Source: Candidatus Poribacteria bacterium
GTDB lineage: Bacteria; Poribacteria; WGA-4E; WGA-3G
Reading direction: 5' to 3'
Length of the DNA: 64,000 nt
Assembly (NCBI GenBank): GCA_965242965.1
Contig: OZ251518.1
Location: 2,880,001 to 2,944,000, forward strand
Below are positions 29,626 through 38,685 of the stretch, one piece after another. Made by a program: the position numbers and the translations under genes. The notes below the pieces were generated by a model. That model was given only the letters and a program-made list of their open reading frames with translations. It ran no database searches and was not told the DNA's origin. How positions within the stretch are numbered: the first letter of the stretch is position 1; the number at the start of each line of letters is the position of its first letter.

Positions 29626-30025
29626 GAGGGGGTTTCGTAATAAATCCGTGTCGGCGCGCCCTCCCGGTCTCGATACGAGCGATGTGCCCGTAGGAGAGAC
29701 CTCCCGGTCTCAATGCGAGCGATGTGCCCGTAGGAGAGACCTCCCGGTCTCGATGCAATTGGGCGGCAGAAAGCCCCCCCTTCATCGTAGGGCGAGGGCC
29801 CTCGCAGGTTTCCACACGCGCTGGAGAGAGGGTGTCCCTCGCCATCAGCGATCGCGGGGGACAGGCCCCCGCGCTACGGTGAAAAAAAACACCCTGTCTT
29901 ACCGTAGGGCGAGGGCCTGTCCCTCGCCAGCGTTCTCGCACGCGCAATCCAGCGATCGCGGGGGACAGGCCCCCGCGCTACGGTGAAAAAAATGCACCGA
30001 ACGCATCGAAATATGAAACACCCTC
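29626..30025. mobile_element. 400-bp REP-filled MITE-like element
   Basis: Left end GAGGGGGTTTCGTAA, right end TATGAAACACCCTC; GTTTAA in both flanks. Confidence 0.7.
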
Positions 30026-30099
30026 GTTTAAATTTCTTGCAAATTAAAATCAAATATGCTAAAATAGATTTCAGCACAACTTTAAACTTGGAGGCACGA

Positions 30100-31170
30100 A
30101 TGAAATCGCAAATTTTCTATGAACCTGAAAAAATGAGTCTGGAAGAGCGGCCTGTGCCGCAAGCGAACGACACCGAACTGCTAGTCGAAGTGCGTTCCGT
30201 CGGTATCTGTGGTTCGGATGTCGCCTACTACTTCGGTAACAGCTCCCTTGAAACCTCGGATGGGAAGGGACCGCTTATTCTCGGACACGAGTTCACCGGC
30301 GAAGTCGTTAAAGTCGGCAGCGAAGCCGCAAACGATGGCGGGTTTAAAGTCGGCGACAGAGTCGTCGTCAACCCTGTCCAATCTAACCCGAATTCGTTCT
30401 GGAGCAAAAAAGGGTTATCGAACCTATGTCCAGAAAAGCGCGTGCTTGGAGTCGGCGTTGATGGCGGGTTCGCGGAATACGCTGTCTCTGATTATCGCTG
30501 GACTGTGAGGCTCCCCGACAACGTTAGCTATGAGCAGGGTGCACTCACCGAGCCCCTCGCGTGCGGGTTATATGCCGTGAACAATCTCAACGCTGAAGAA
30601 GGACAGACGGCTGTTGTTTTCGGACCCGGGCCCATCGGGTTGATGATGGTGCAGGTGTTAAAGAGCCGTGGCTTGAAAAACGTCTTGCTCGTGGGGACGC
30701 GCGACTACCGGCTGGATGTCGGTAAGGAACTCGGTGCGGACGTGGTTGTCAACGTCAAAGATACCGCTTCGCCGCACTACGTCGCCGACTTAGGTGCCAC
30801 AATTCAGGAACTCAACGACGGTGAATTGGCGGACCGCGCTATTACCGCAACGAGTTCGCTAGATGCTATTCATACCGCCTTGGAAGTTACCGGACGGCAC
30901 GCGACTGTCGTCATTTTCGGGCTCCCCGGCGATACCGATGTGATGCAGGTGCCTATTCTGGATACCATCCTCATGGACAAGACTCTCCGCTTCTCGTGGC
31001 TCGCGCCCGATACGTGGGAAGAGGCTGTCCAACTGATTTCCAGTGGGGATGTCAACATGGACAAAATCATCAGCCATGAGTTTCCATTGGAATCGCTCGT
31101 GGAGGGAATAACGAAGGTGCGCAATCGCGAAGATGGCTGCACGAAAGGGTTGGTAAAAGTCTCTGCCTAA
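30100..31170 (+). CDS. Zn-dependent medium-chain (sorbitol/threonine-type) dehydrogenase
   Basis: GICGSD, ILGHEFTG, TEPLA, FGPGPIGL; GGAGG RBS before ATG 30100. Confidence 0.88.
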   Translation: MKSQIFYEPEKMSLEERPVPQANDTELLVEVRSVGICGSDVAYYFGNSSLETSDGKGPLILGHEFTGEVVKVGSEAANDGGFKVGDRVVVNPVQSNPNSFWSKKGLSNLCPEKRVLGVGVDGGFAEYAVSDYRWTVRLPDNVSYEQGALTEPLACGLYAVNNLNAEEGQTAVVFGPGPIGLMMVQVLKSRGLKNVLLVGTRDYRLDVGKELGADVVVNVKDTASPHYVADLGATIQELNDGELADRAITATSSLDAIHTALEVTGRHATVVIFGLPGDTDVMQVPILDTILMDKTLRFSWLAPDTWEEAVQLISSGDVNMDKIISHEFPLESLVEGITKVRNREDGCTKGLVKVSA

Positions 31171-31239
31171 TCCGCCTAGATTCGGGCTCGCACGCTGAGC
31201 CCGAACATCCCCGGCGAAACAAAGAAGGATATTGGATGC

Positions 31240-32277
31240 ATGTCTCACATTAAAGACAATTTACCGGCAGACCAGATTCTCTGCGGCGATAATCTGGAAC
31301 TCATCCAGCAATTGCCAGATAACTGCGTCCAATTAGTCATCACCTCACCGCCCTATTTCCAGCAGCGCGATTATGGCGGCGGCGGGATGGGGAATGAGCA
31401 GAGCGTTGATGCATATCTTGATACGCTGCTGCGCCTCTTCCGCGAATGCGTGCGCGTGCTGAAAAACGATGGCAGTCTTGTGTTTAACGTCGGCGATAAG
31501 TATCAGGACAGCAACCTGCTCCTTGTCCCTTATCGGTTCGCGCTCGCCGCGACAGAGACAGGATTGGTGAAACTGGTAAACGAAATCACATGGGTGAAAA
31601 GCAATCCGACCCCGAGGCAGTTTCGCCGTCGTCTCGTCAGTAGTACGGAGCCGTTCTTCCACTTCGTCACGTCGGATGACTATTTCTACAAACTCAACGG
31701 ATTTTTACCGGAAGAATTGTCTCCGAAACCATCGCGCAAAAAGGTAGGAACGAACGTCGGACAACGCTATTTTGAGCTCATCGCGCAATCCGATTTGTCG
31801 GACGCGGAGAAGACTGATGCCCGACGTGCCCTCACCGAAGTCATCCAAGAGGTGCAGTGCGGCAAAACGCATAGTTTCCGGATGAAGATTCGCGGGATTC
31901 ACGCGGAACCGTTCGGTGGACAAATCGGTGGACGCACGCTGCAGATGAAGAACAAAGGATTTACGATTATTCGGATGCACGGCAATAAAATCAAGCGCGA
32001 TGTGATTGAAACGCCGGTAGCCGCTGTCAAAGGGAACAAGCATCCCGCTATCTATCCGGTAGAAATTGTGGAGGCATTTTTACGGCTTCTCACGCCTGTC
32101 GGCGCGTTGGTGTTAGATCCGTTTATAGGTTCTGGTTCAACGGCAGTCGCTTGTAAAAGACTCGGCAGACACTATCTCGGCTATGACATTAATCCGGATT
32201 ACTGCGAATACGCGAGGCAGCGGGTTGCAATGATTTCATCGGCACCACCGCGGCTCTTTGACGAATCAGAGCCATAA
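31240..32277 (+). CDS. DNA N4-cytosine/N6-adenine methyltransferase, beta class, apparently orphan
   Basis: Motif IV ITSPPY near the N-terminus, HPAIYP, motif I VLDPFIGSGST near the C-terminus. Confidence 0.9.
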   Translation: MSHIKDNLPADQILCGDNLELIQQLPDNCVQLVITSPPYFQQRDYGGGGMGNEQSVDAYLDTLLRLFRECVRVLKNDGSLVFNVGDKYQDSNLLLVPYRFALAATETGLVKLVNEITWVKSNPTPRQFRRRLVSSTEPFFHFVTSDDYFYKLNGFLPEELSPKPSRKKVGTNVGQRYFELIAQSDLSDAEKTDARRALTEVIQEVQCGKTHSFRMKIRGIHAEPFGGQIGGRTLQMKNKGFTIIRMHGNKIKRDVIETPVAAVKGNKHPAIYPVEIVEAFLRLLTPVGALVLDPFIGSGSTAVACKRLGRHYLGYDINPDYCEYARQRVAMISSAPPRLFDESEP

Positions 32278-32289
32278 GAGGAACATGCC

Positions 32290-32622
32290 ATGGGCATTCC
32301 ATTCTTCGTCGTTTTTGTCCTATCAATCGTCTTCTTGTCGCTGGGGATAACCGCGATAGGCGACTTCGTCTCTGTTCAGTGGCAGCAAGAGGCAACGCGT
32401 GAGACAACCGCTGTCGTCCCTTACCTCAGCTTCCGGTCAGATTACTGGGCGATGGCGCGATGTTTCACCGGGTTCGCGCTATTTTTGGCGAGTCTCTATT
32501 TCATGGGCTTTTTTCTCTATCTGGAAGAACGCGAAAGTGGACGCATCATGAAAAATGTCAAGAGTTTCGTGAAACTCCGCCAATTTATCGAACGGCACCA
32601 AAAGGAGGACTCTCGCAAATGA
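32290..32622 (+). CDS. Small two-TM hypothetical protein
   Basis: Two hydrophobic helices; GAGG RBS; ATGA overlap with the next gene. Confidence 0.6.
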   Translation: MGIPFFVVFVLSIVFLSLGITAIGDFVSVQWQQEATRETTAVVPYLSFRSDYWAMARCFTGFALFLASLYFMGFFLYLEERESGRIMKNVKSFVKLRQFIERHQKEDSRK

Positions 32623-33437
32623 AACGTCTCATACGCATCGCACTCGCTGTGTGTCTCGTCACCTGCGCGGCAGTCAGTCATGCCAAAATCGACCCGGGTA
32701 CTGTCGTCGGTATCTGGCTATTTGATGAAGGAAAAGGGAAAACCGCCGCCGACTTATCCGGCAACGGAAACGATGGTGAACTGAAAGAAGGCGCGAAATG
32801 GGATGCCGGCAAATTCGGACAAGGCGTTGTCTTTGACGGCAAAGACGACTACGTTGAAATCGCTCCCTCACCGTTGTTTAATCCGGAGGTATTCACTGTC
32901 ACGTTCTGGATGCATCCCACCGCTGTGGGCGGCAATAACCCGGCTGGGAAAGGCACCGCCACTCTCATTATCGCCAACGGTGACCCGGGCGACGGTGGCG
33001 GCGCGAATTGGTGGTTTGAATTCTGGAACGCAGGCAACTTTGAATTCAAGAGTTGTCAAGCCGGGTGCGCCGCCGCGACAACACCGCTCAACAAACCTGA
33101 CGAGTGGTATTTTATTGCTGGCATTTACAACGGCACGGAATACGAACTCTACATTGACGGCGAATTTAAGTCAAAAGGCCCAAACGAAGTTGGCGCGCCA
33201 GAGAAAGGACTTCTCATCGGAAGCGGGCTCTGTCCGGCAGGGCACGGTTGTGATGGCGGCTACTTCAAAGGCATCGTTGATGACGTGGCAATGTTCAGCG
33301 ACACCCTGAGCGAGGCGGACCTGAAAACCCTCATGGACGACGGTGTCGGAAAAGTGCTCGGCGTTGCACCGGTAGAACCGATTGGGAAATTGGCAACGAC
33401 ATGGGGAAAACTCAAGGCAACTAACAACGCGCTATGA
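32619..33437 (+). CDS. Secreted LamG/concanavalin A-like domain protein with Poribacteria-type C-terminal motif
   Basis: Signal peptide, GIWLFDEGKG..DLSGNGNDG, FDGKDDYV, FKGIVDDV, C-terminal VEPIGKLATTWGKLK. Confidence 0.85.
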   Translation: MKRLIRIALAVCLVTCAAVSHAKIDPGTVVGIWLFDEGKGKTAADLSGNGNDGELKEGAKWDAGKFGQGVVFDGKDDYVEIAPSPLFNPEVFTVTFWMHPTAVGGNNPAGKGTATLIIANGDPGDGGGANWWFEFWNAGNFEFKSCQAGCAAATTPLNKPDEWYFIAGIYNGTEYELYIDGEFKSKGPNEVGAPEKGLLIGSGLCPAGHGCDGGYFKGIVDDVAMFSDTLSEADLKTLMDDGVGKVLGVAPVEPIGKLATTWGKLKATNNAL

Positions 33438-34648
33438 TTGAGAAAGAACGACAATTACTCATAACACCGACACCCGCGTTAAGAAAAGACCGGATTTTGC
33501 GCGCAGCGCGCCGTTTACCTGTCGATAGAACACCCGTCTGGATGATGCGACAGGCAGGCCGCTCAGACCCGAGGTATCGCCGCATCCGTGAGAAGATAAA
33601 TCTGCCGCTGGAGCATCTCTTCCGCACCTGTCCCGTGCCGATGTCAGAGACGGCCGTGGAGTGGGCAGTCAAGATTTCGATGCTGCCGAAGCGCATCGGC
33701 GTAGACGCGATTATCGTCTATAAAGATATCCTCACGCCGTTGTGCCCGATGGGCGCGCATTTTCGGTTCATGCCCGGGCCTGTGCTTAGCGAACCTATCC
33801 GTAGCCGTGAGCAAGTAGAGGCACTTCAACCTCTCAATGACGCGCCCACACAGCTCGCTTTCACGGGGAAGGTTATCAGGACACTGCGAGAGACGTTGGA
33901 TGGGGAACTACCCCTCATCGGATTTGCAGGCGCGCCGATGACACTCGCCGCGTTTCTCATCGCCGGCACAAGTCCGATGAAACAGGGTTCTGAAGTGCCG
34001 CCGGCAAAATCGGTGTTTCAGAAACAATCGCGGGAGACAGGCCCCCGCACTACGGTAGAAGCTTCCGTTCCGCCGCCGGCAAAAGCGGTGTTTCAGATGC
34101 TCACCGAGGCACCGGAACTGGCACATCAACTGCTCTCCCGTTTAACCGATGCGACTATCAATTATCTGAACTACCAAATCGCCGAAGGCGTTCAGATAGT
34201 CCAGTTATTTGAGTCCATCGCCGATGTGATGCCGCGGGCGATGTATCAAGAGTTCGCGTTGCCGTATCATCAGCAAATTTTCGCCGAACTCAACCGAAGT
34301 GTCCCCGCGATTCTCTTCGCAAAAGAGTGCGCAGAACTTGATTTGATGCACCAAAGCGGTGCCGACGTGCTGAGCGTCGGGAAATGCGTGAACCTCGCAC
34401 AAGCGAGGGTTGAAACGGCAGAAAATCCTGTCGCTTTTCAGGGGAACGTTGACAACGACATCCTCCGCGATGGCACCTTCGCTGACATCACCACGGCTGT
34501 CCACGATTGCTTAAGACAGGGTGGAAAAACGGGGCACATTCTGAACCTCAGCCACGGCTTGCATAGAGACACGCCGTTTGAAAACGTCAAACATTTTGTC
34601 CAAACCGCGAAAACGTTCGGCTGGAAGCAGGCGGAGGAATCCAAATGA
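33434..34648 (+). CDS. hemE: Uroporphyrinogen decarboxylase (with 25-aa REP insertion)
   Basis: PVWMMRQAGR, DAIIVYKDIL, LIGFAGAPMT, QGNVD, HILNLSHG. Confidence 0.93.
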   Translation: MIEKERQLLITPTPALRKDRILRAARRLPVDRTPVWMMRQAGRSDPRYRRIREKINLPLEHLFRTCPVPMSETAVEWAVKISMLPKRIGVDAIIVYKDILTPLCPMGAHFRFMPGPVLSEPIRSREQVEALQPLNDAPTQLAFTGKVIRTLRETLDGELPLIGFAGAPMTLAAFLIAGTSPMKQGSEVPPAKSVFQKQSRETGPRTTVEASVPPPAKAVFQMLTEAPELAHQLLSRLTDATINYLNYQIAEGVQIVQLFESIADVMPRAMYQEFALPYHQQIFAELNRSVPAILFAKECAELDLMHQSGADVLSVGKCVNLAQARVETAENPVAFQGNVDNDILRDGTFADITTAVHDCLRQGGKTGHILNLSHGLHRDTPFENVKHFVQTAKTFGWKQAEESK

Positions 34649-36114
34649 GAACAAAACGCGCCGGCCCGATGGAAAACCCTTACGCACCACGGCAATACGG
34701 CGAACTCGTCAAAGTAACAGAACGCGTCTATCTCTTCCGCAACGTCGTCAATTCCACGCTGATTATCGGCGATAAGGGTGTTGCGATAGTTGACACGCAG
34801 GTGAATCCCGTGATGGCGCGACGATTGCTCACAGCCGTTCGTCGGGTGACAGCGAAACCGGTCTTGTATGCGATAAATACGCACTATCACTGGGACCACA
34901 CCAACGGCAATGCGGTTTTCCACGAAGCCGGTGCGACGATTGTCGCTCGTGACATGACAAAAGATTTTATGGTATCTCGTTCGCCACGTCAAGAGGCGTT
35001 TCTTGCCTCGCGCGGTTTTAAACTAGGGGACGCACCTGTGCTTCCTATGCAAACGTTCGCGCAGGAGATGGAACTAGATTTAGGCAATCAACCGCTACAT
35101 CTCGTTCACTTGGGCAAAGCGGAAACGGACGATGCAACCGCCATCCGCATTCCGGCAGAAGAATGCATCGTATCTGGGGATACCGTCATGACAGGCAGTT
35201 TTCCGATTTTCGGACAACCTGTCATGAACGAAGGGCTCATGGCAAACCATGATTGGATCAATACCATCACGGAACTCCGCACTTACGCGCCACAACACGT
35301 CCTGCCAGGCCACGGTCCTCTAGCACACGACGCAGAGATGGAACTCCTGATTCAGATCGAGTCCTATTTCCTAACCGAAGTGCGAAAATACTTTGAAAAA
35401 GGGATGCCGTTAAACGCGTTATTAGCAGCGGTTGAGGCGAATCTTCCACCTTGGATTCGGGATATTGCCGAGGTTTGGGGCACACCGCGTTACGCGATTT
35501 TGCGCGTCTATCGCGGACTCATTGATGATGCGGAACCGGGTTGGCAGCACCTGAAACCCTCCGCTATTCCGATGGCGGATGCCGAAAGTCTTCAAGAGAA
35601 AACACGCGAATTAGCAGACTTTAACGCATATCGCGAGGCATCGGAAGAGGTGGAAGAAGGGAATGACCCCGGCTTAGCCATCGCTATTTTAAAAAACGCA
35701 ACAGAAAAATATCCGCAGCTGCCAGCGGCGTGGACAGCCTACGCCGGCGTGCTGATACGCGCATCCCGCACCGTGTCAAGTGTGCTTGAGAAAGGCGACT
35801 TCTTCGCCGAAGCAAAACAGGCACTTAATACCGCCTTGGAATTGAACGCGGATTACGCGCCAGCGTACTTGTTGCAAGGCCAGTCCGAAATCCTGTCCGC
35901 TTACCGCAACGGCGATGCACCCGATGATGGGCTTGCTTCCATTCACAAAGCGATGTCCCTCGGCATTCACGGGACACAACTTGCGCAGGCACATTTCTGC
36001 ATCGGGATGGCGTATCGCACGAACGGAGACGAAGCAGCAGCGAAAGCCGCCTTCGCAAAAGCAATCGCCGCCGATGCACGGTTCATGCCGGCACAATTAG
36101 CAAATATGGTTTAG
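34645..36114 (+). CDS. Metallo-beta-lactamase fold hydrolase with C-terminal TPR repeats
   Basis: INTHYHWDHTNGN, SGD, LPGHG; TPR-like helices in the C-terminal half. Confidence 0.85.
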   Translation: MRTKRAGPMENPYAPRQYGELVKVTERVYLFRNVVNSTLIIGDKGVAIVDTQVNPVMARRLLTAVRRVTAKPVLYAINTHYHWDHTNGNAVFHEAGATIVARDMTKDFMVSRSPRQEAFLASRGFKLGDAPVLPMQTFAQEMELDLGNQPLHLVHLGKAETDDATAIRIPAEECIVSGDTVMTGSFPIFGQPVMNEGLMANHDWINTITELRTYAPQHVLPGHGPLAHDAEMELLIQIESYFLTEVRKYFEKGMPLNALLAAVEANLPPWIRDIAEVWGTPRYAILRVYRGLIDDAEPGWQHLKPSAIPMADAESLQEKTRELADFNAYREASEEVEEGNDPGLAIAILKNATEKYPQLPAAWTAYAGVLIRASRTVSSVLEKGDFFAEAKQALNTALELNADYAPAYLLQGQSEILSAYRNGDAPDDGLASIHKAMSLGIHGTQLAQAHFCIGMAYRTNGDEAAAKAAFAKAIAADARFMPAQLANMV

Positions 36115-36119
36115 CACAC

Positions 36120-36147
36120 GTAGAGCGAGGGAAACCTGTCCCTCGCT
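36120..36147 (+). repeat. Single REP
   Basis: GTAG-AGCGAGGGA-AACCTG-TCCCTCGCT. Confidence 0.7.
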
Positions 36148-36171
36148 GTTATCAAACGCTAGGAAACGAAA

Positions 36172-37128
36172 ATGTCTAAAAAAAAATACGATAGCATACT
36201 ACTCGTCGCATTCGGCGGACCGACTCCGGGATGCTGCGAAAAATATGACACCTGCCCCGGTGAAGCATACTGCTTTGTCGAAGGAATCGCTGGCACAGCC
36301 GAATCTCAAGTGCCCAGGGTGAAGGAGGTATCCGGGCACTATGTCGAATTAGGCGGCTTTTCACCGTTCAACGAATTGACATTCCAGCAGGGGCGCGCCT
36401 TGGAGAACACCCTCACGGACAACAATGTCTCTCTCCCCATTTACGTTGGATTTCGGCACTGGAACCCCTATTTAAAGGACGTTGTCGCCGAGATGGCACA
36501 AAAGGGGCACCAAAAAATACTGGGCATCATCATGGCACCGCATCAATCTAAAGTGAGTTGGGAGTGGTATATCCAATCCGTGCGGCAGGGTATCGATGCC
36601 TTGCCGAACACGGCGCGCCCCGAGATTGACTATTTAGCTCCGTGGTGGACGAACGACGGTTACATCGGTGCCGTCGCCGATTTGATTCAAAGCGCGTGCA
36701 ACGGGCAATTAGAGAATGCCACCCCGGTTTTCACCGCGCACGCCATCCCACAACCGGCGGCAAAGAACTCGCCTTACACACAACAATTCGCGGAGACAGC
36801 GGCGAAAGTGGCGGCGAAACTCGGCAAAACCGAATTCGCTTTGGCATACCAGAGCCAAGCCGAAAATACCGCTGTCCCCTGGACGCAACCCGATATTAAC
36901 GATTGGATTCGCGAGCAGAAAGATGCTGGCATCCAAACCATCGTCGCTTCACCCATTGGTTTCCTCTGCGACCACGTTGAGGTGCTCTATGATCTGGATA
37001 TTGAAGCGAAAGCGACGGCGGCCGAATGCGGCATTGAGTTTATTCGTGCAGGCACCGTCGGCACCCATCCGAAGTTCATCAATATGCTCGCCTCGCTTGC
37101 TTGTGATAAGTTTAGACAGCAAGGCTGA
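36172..37128 (+). CDS. hemH: Ferrochelatase (HemH/CpfC)
   Basis: LLVAFGGP, GGFSP, GFRHWNPY, FTAHAIP, AYQSQ..PW..PD, PIGFLCDHVEVLYDLD. Confidence 0.93.
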   Translation: MSKKKYDSILLVAFGGPTPGCCEKYDTCPGEAYCFVEGIAGTAESQVPRVKEVSGHYVELGGFSPFNELTFQQGRALENTLTDNNVSLPIYVGFRHWNPYLKDVVAEMAQKGHQKILGIIMAPHQSKVSWEWYIQSVRQGIDALPNTARPEIDYLAPWWTNDGYIGAVADLIQSACNGQLENATPVFTAHAIPQPAAKNSPYTQQFAETAAKVAAKLGKTEFALAYQSQAENTAVPWTQPDINDWIREQKDAGIQTIVASPIGFLCDHVEVLYDLDIEAKATAAECGIEFIRAGTVGTHPKFINMLASLACDKFRQQG

Positions 37129-37182
37129 AGCACGGACTGTCCGGACGAATTGCTTCGTCCGTTGCTACTGTTACGTATTGTT

Positions 37183-38685
37183 ATGGCTCCTAACCCCAAA
37201 CGCGCCCTTGTTATTGGCGGCGGCATTACAGGCCTCGCCGCCAGCTATCGTCTCACGCGCGAGGCAGAGAAAAGGGGTATCCCGCTCCATGTCACCCTGC
37301 TCGAAGCGAGCGACAGGATTGGCGGTGTCATCCGCACTACCCATCGCGACGGTTTCGTGATTGAGCACGGACCGGATGCCTTTATCACCACTAAACCGTG
37401 GGCAAAAGCGTTGTGCGAAGAACTCGGCATCGCCGATGAATGTATCGGCACGAATTCGACAATGCGCCGCAGCTTCGTGGTGCAAAAGGGAAAATTGCAC
37501 CCTGTCCCGGAAGGTTTTTACATGATGGCACCCGGCGCATTGCTCCCTTTTCTCAAAAGCCCTATTTTCAGTTGGCGCGGCAAACTCCGGATGGGACTTG
37601 AGCCGCTGATGCCGCGCAGCGGCGGCGATGCAGATGAATCTGTCGCCGATTTCGTGCGGCGCAGACTCGGCACCGAGGCGTTTGAACGGATGGCGCAGCC
37701 TATGATAGGTGGTATCTACACCTCTGATGCAGAACATTTGAGTCTCAAGGCGACGTTTCCGCGCTTTCTGGAGATGGAACGGGCACACGGCAGTATCATC
37801 AAGGCACTCCTAGCACAAAAGCGGCAGGCAAAAACGGCGAGCGGCACCAGCGGACCGCGGTACAGCCTCTTCCTCTCATTCGCATCCGGCATGCAGACAC
37901 TCGTTGACAAGTTACAGCAAGCGCACCTCATCGCAGCGCGAGAACCTGTCCCTCGCGAGTCACAGCAAGCACACCCCACCGTAGCGCGAGGGCCTGTCCC
38001 TCGCGAGCATTCACCTAAAGCACACCTCCATCTAAACTCTCGCGCCGAAACGCTTCAGCAGCGAAAAAATGGAACGGGATGGCAGGTATCGCTTGCAAAC
38101 GGGGAAATCCTTGAGGCGGAACTCCTCTGCGTTGCGCTGCCTGCACCACAAGCCGGCACCTTATGTGAAAACGTTTCCCCGTCCCTTGCCAAAAAACTCC
38201 AAGCGATTCCTTATGCCTCCTCCGCTACCGTCAACTTCGCGTTCCGCCGTGAGGCGGTAGCACATCCGCTGAACGGGATGGGGTTCGTCGTGCCGGCGGC
38301 TGAGGGGCTTTCGCTCATCGGGTGTTCCTTTAGTAGCGTAAAATTTGAAAACCGCGCGCCAGCGGCACACGTATTGTTGCGCGCGTTTGTCCGAAAAGAA
38401 CAAGAATCGTCCGAGAGCAGCTTGACTGCGGCGGCACTGCGAGATATTACACACCTACTCGGCATCAAAAAAGAGCCTATTTTCTCTCTTGTTAGTCAAC
38501 ATACACAAGCGATGGCGCAGTATCTGGTAGGGCATCAGGAACGCATCAGCGAAATCGAAACGCTCGCGAAAGGTTTGCCGGGGTTTGCCCTCGCCGGGAA
38601 CGCTTACCACGGCATCGGCATTCCGGATTGCATCCACAGCGGTGAGCAAGCCGCGCTCGCGCTACTCGGTGAGGAAAACTTATGA
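37183..38685 (+). CDS. hemY: Proto/coproporphyrinogen oxidase HemY (with REP insertion)
   Basis: VIGGGITGLAA, LLEASDRIGG, EHGPDAF, GGIY, SFASGMQTL, AGNAYHGIGIPDCI. Confidence 0.92.
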   Translation: MAPNPKRALVIGGGITGLAASYRLTREAEKRGIPLHVTLLEASDRIGGVIRTTHRDGFVIEHGPDAFITTKPWAKALCEELGIADECIGTNSTMRRSFVVQKGKLHPVPEGFYMMAPGALLPFLKSPIFSWRGKLRMGLEPLMPRSGGDADESVADFVRRRLGTEAFERMAQPMIGGIYTSDAEHLSLKATFPRFLEMERAHGSIIKALLAQKRQAKTASGTSGPRYSLFLSFASGMQTLVDKLQQAHLIAAREPVPRESQQAHPTVARGPVPREHSPKAHLHLNSRAETLQQRKNGTGWQVSLANGEILEAELLCVALPAPQAGTLCENVSPSLAKKLQAIPYASSATVNFAFRREAVAHPLNGMGFVVPAAEGLSLIGCSFSSVKFENRAPAAHVLLRAFVRKEQESSESSLTAAALRDITHLLGIKKEPIFSLVSQHTQAMAQYLVGHQERISEIETLAKGLPGFALAGNAYHGIGIPDCIHSGEQAALALLGEENL

